A stretch of 64,000 nt of DNA, from sequence record OR805295.1; one strand, given 5' to 3'. The position numbers were made by a program, and so were the translations under genes. Shown here one piece after another: positions 62,738 to 64,000 of this stretch; position 1 is the stretch's first letter, and the number at the start of each line of letters is the position of its first letter. The notes under the pieces are model-generated. The model saw nothing but the letters and a program-made list of their open reading frames with translations, did not search any database and was not told the DNA's origin.

Positions 62738-64000
62738 ATGTCGAGTAAAATTAAATTCACGGATCAATATATCCTATCTAGTGTTGGGCAAACTTCTAAT
62801 AATATAGTATATTTGCAAGTAAATGATGATCAGCAATTAGTTGTTACTCATCCTATGTATGCAACTGAATGGTCTACATTAGGTGGGCTTAGAGTAACAG
62901 GTGATCAGTCTAAATTTGATGGATCATTAGAAGTTGGATATGAATTGCTAGTAGGACAAACATCTACCTTTAACAACGACATGGTAGTAAACGGTTTAGT
63001 TACAGTAAACAGAGATTCTCTAGATGCAATGCTCATTCACGGGAATGTTACATTACATGGCAACTTAACTGTAGTAGGTAGCAGCTCAGGGACTACACCC
63101 GGGCAAGTAACTATTTCCGACAACATTATGGTCGTGAATACAGATGACGTAGGTCCGGGCGTCACTGCAACATATTCTGGTTTTGAAGTCCAGCGTGGAA
63201 TTCCCGTAGGCGAAACTAATAGTCACGGTGAACCTGGCCAAGGTAAATTGCCTTCTGCTGGATTAGTTTGGAATGAAGTGCAAAAATCCTGGGATCTTAA
63301 TTATAACCCTATTCTTTCTGAAAAATTACCACAAAATCCTAGAATAATTAACTTAGGGCAGCCAGTTGCTGACAACGATGCTTCTACAAAAAAATATGTG
63401 AATGATAGCATAACTGCTGCACTTGACGATGATATTTATTTAGATAGACTTACTGATGTAACAATTTCTTCTCCGGCTAATAAAAATATACTACAGTACG
63501 ATTCTTCTACATCGCAATGGAGAAATTTACCATATTCGTTTATACGATTAACGGATGTAACTGGTGTATCTGTCCCGAGAGGATATGTAAGATGGAATGC
63601 AGCAGGAACACAGTTAGTATATGAAACCACTATAGATTATGCACAGTTAACTGGATTGTCTGATGTAGCTAAAGCAGGACAAGGGGCTCTAAGTTTTCTT
63701 AGTGATGTAACGTTATCATCGTTATCTAATACACAGGCATTATTTTATAATGGAACCTCTTGGGTTAATAGACTAATTAATTACTCCGACATTCAAAATA
63801 CTCCTACTAACAATTCGTATAGTTTTATTGGATTAAATGATACAAATAATACAGTTGTTAATAACGGATATGTAAGATGGAATGCAGCAGGAACACAGTT
63901 AGTATATGAAACCACTATAGATTATGCACAGTTAACTGGATTGTCTGATGTAGCTAAAGCAGGACAAGGATCGTTAGATTATTTAACAGATGTTAGTATA
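62738..64000 (+). CDS. fibre-like structural protein, runs off window end (absent from ORF track)
   Basis: MSSKIKFTDQY...; GNLTVVG, DNIMVVN, DASTKKYV and repeated LxxLxDVxI motifs; late promoter and AAGG RBS. Confidence 0.85.
   Translation, partial: MSSKIKFTDQYILSSVGQTSNNIVYLQVNDDQQLVVTHPMYATEWSTLGGLRVTGDQSKFDGSLEVGYELLVGQTSTFNNDMVVNGLVTVNRDSLDAMLIHGNVTLHGNLTVVGSSSGTTPGQVTISDNIMVVNTDDVGPGVTATYSGFEVQRGIPVGETNSHGEPGQGKLPSAGLVWNEVQKSWDLNYNPILSEKLPQNPRIINLGQPVADNDASTKKYVNDSITAALDDDIYLDRLTDVTISSPANKNILQYDSSTSQWRNLPYSFIRLTDVTGVSVPRGYVRWNAAGTQLVYETTIDYAQLTGLSDVAKAGQGALSFLSDVTLSSLSNTQALFYNGTSWVNRLINYSDIQNTPTNNSYSFIGLNDTNNTVVNNGYVRWNAAGTQLVYETTIDYAQLTGLSDVAKAGQGSLDYLTDVSI
63581..63969 (+). repeat. 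exact 104-bp intragenic duplication, period 285 bp
   Basis: 63581-63684 equals 63866-63969; encodes GYVRWNAAGTQLVYETTIDYAQLTGLSDVAKAGQG. Confidence 0.95.

Overview
Part of an AT-rich jumbo myophage genome carrying a distantly T4-related core. Content, architecture and GC-rich accessory genes suggest a GC-rich proteobacterial host, possibly Pseudomonas. It reminds me of PA5oct/MIJ3-type phages, which I cannot verify here. Layout: (1) 1-11.2 kb, an early/host-takeover region of small promoter-ORF-terminator cassettes, mosaic in GC, with about 19 copies of a Fur-box-like palindrome and a candidate anti-Shine-Dalgarno sRNA. (2) 11.3-16.9 kb, non-coding repeat arrays and runs of AT-rich mini-ORFs. 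(3) 16.9-43.1 kb, a minus-strand fibre/baseplate module including a 3857-aa protein. (4) 43.2-48.1 kb, gp55-like late sigma factor, gp47/gp46, a ParB-like protein and a Holliday junction resolvase. (5) 48.1-49.6 kb, a 1.5-kb ORF-free gap holding a promoter-driven, about 900-nt highly base-paired RNA candidate followed by a palindrome cluster. (6) 50-59.5 kb, a gp26-like chaperone with an apparent programmed -1 frameshift, then tape measure, portal, prohead core, protease, scaffold and major capsid. (7) A homing endonuclease, Cys-rich paralogues, a HAD phosphatase and a truncated fibre gene. Best leads: the large ncRNA, the Fur-box-like array, the gp26/gp51-type frameshift and the anti-SD sRNA. 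All protein assignments come from motif recognition by eye, not database searches. No tRNA, CRISPR array or reverse transcriptase was seen.
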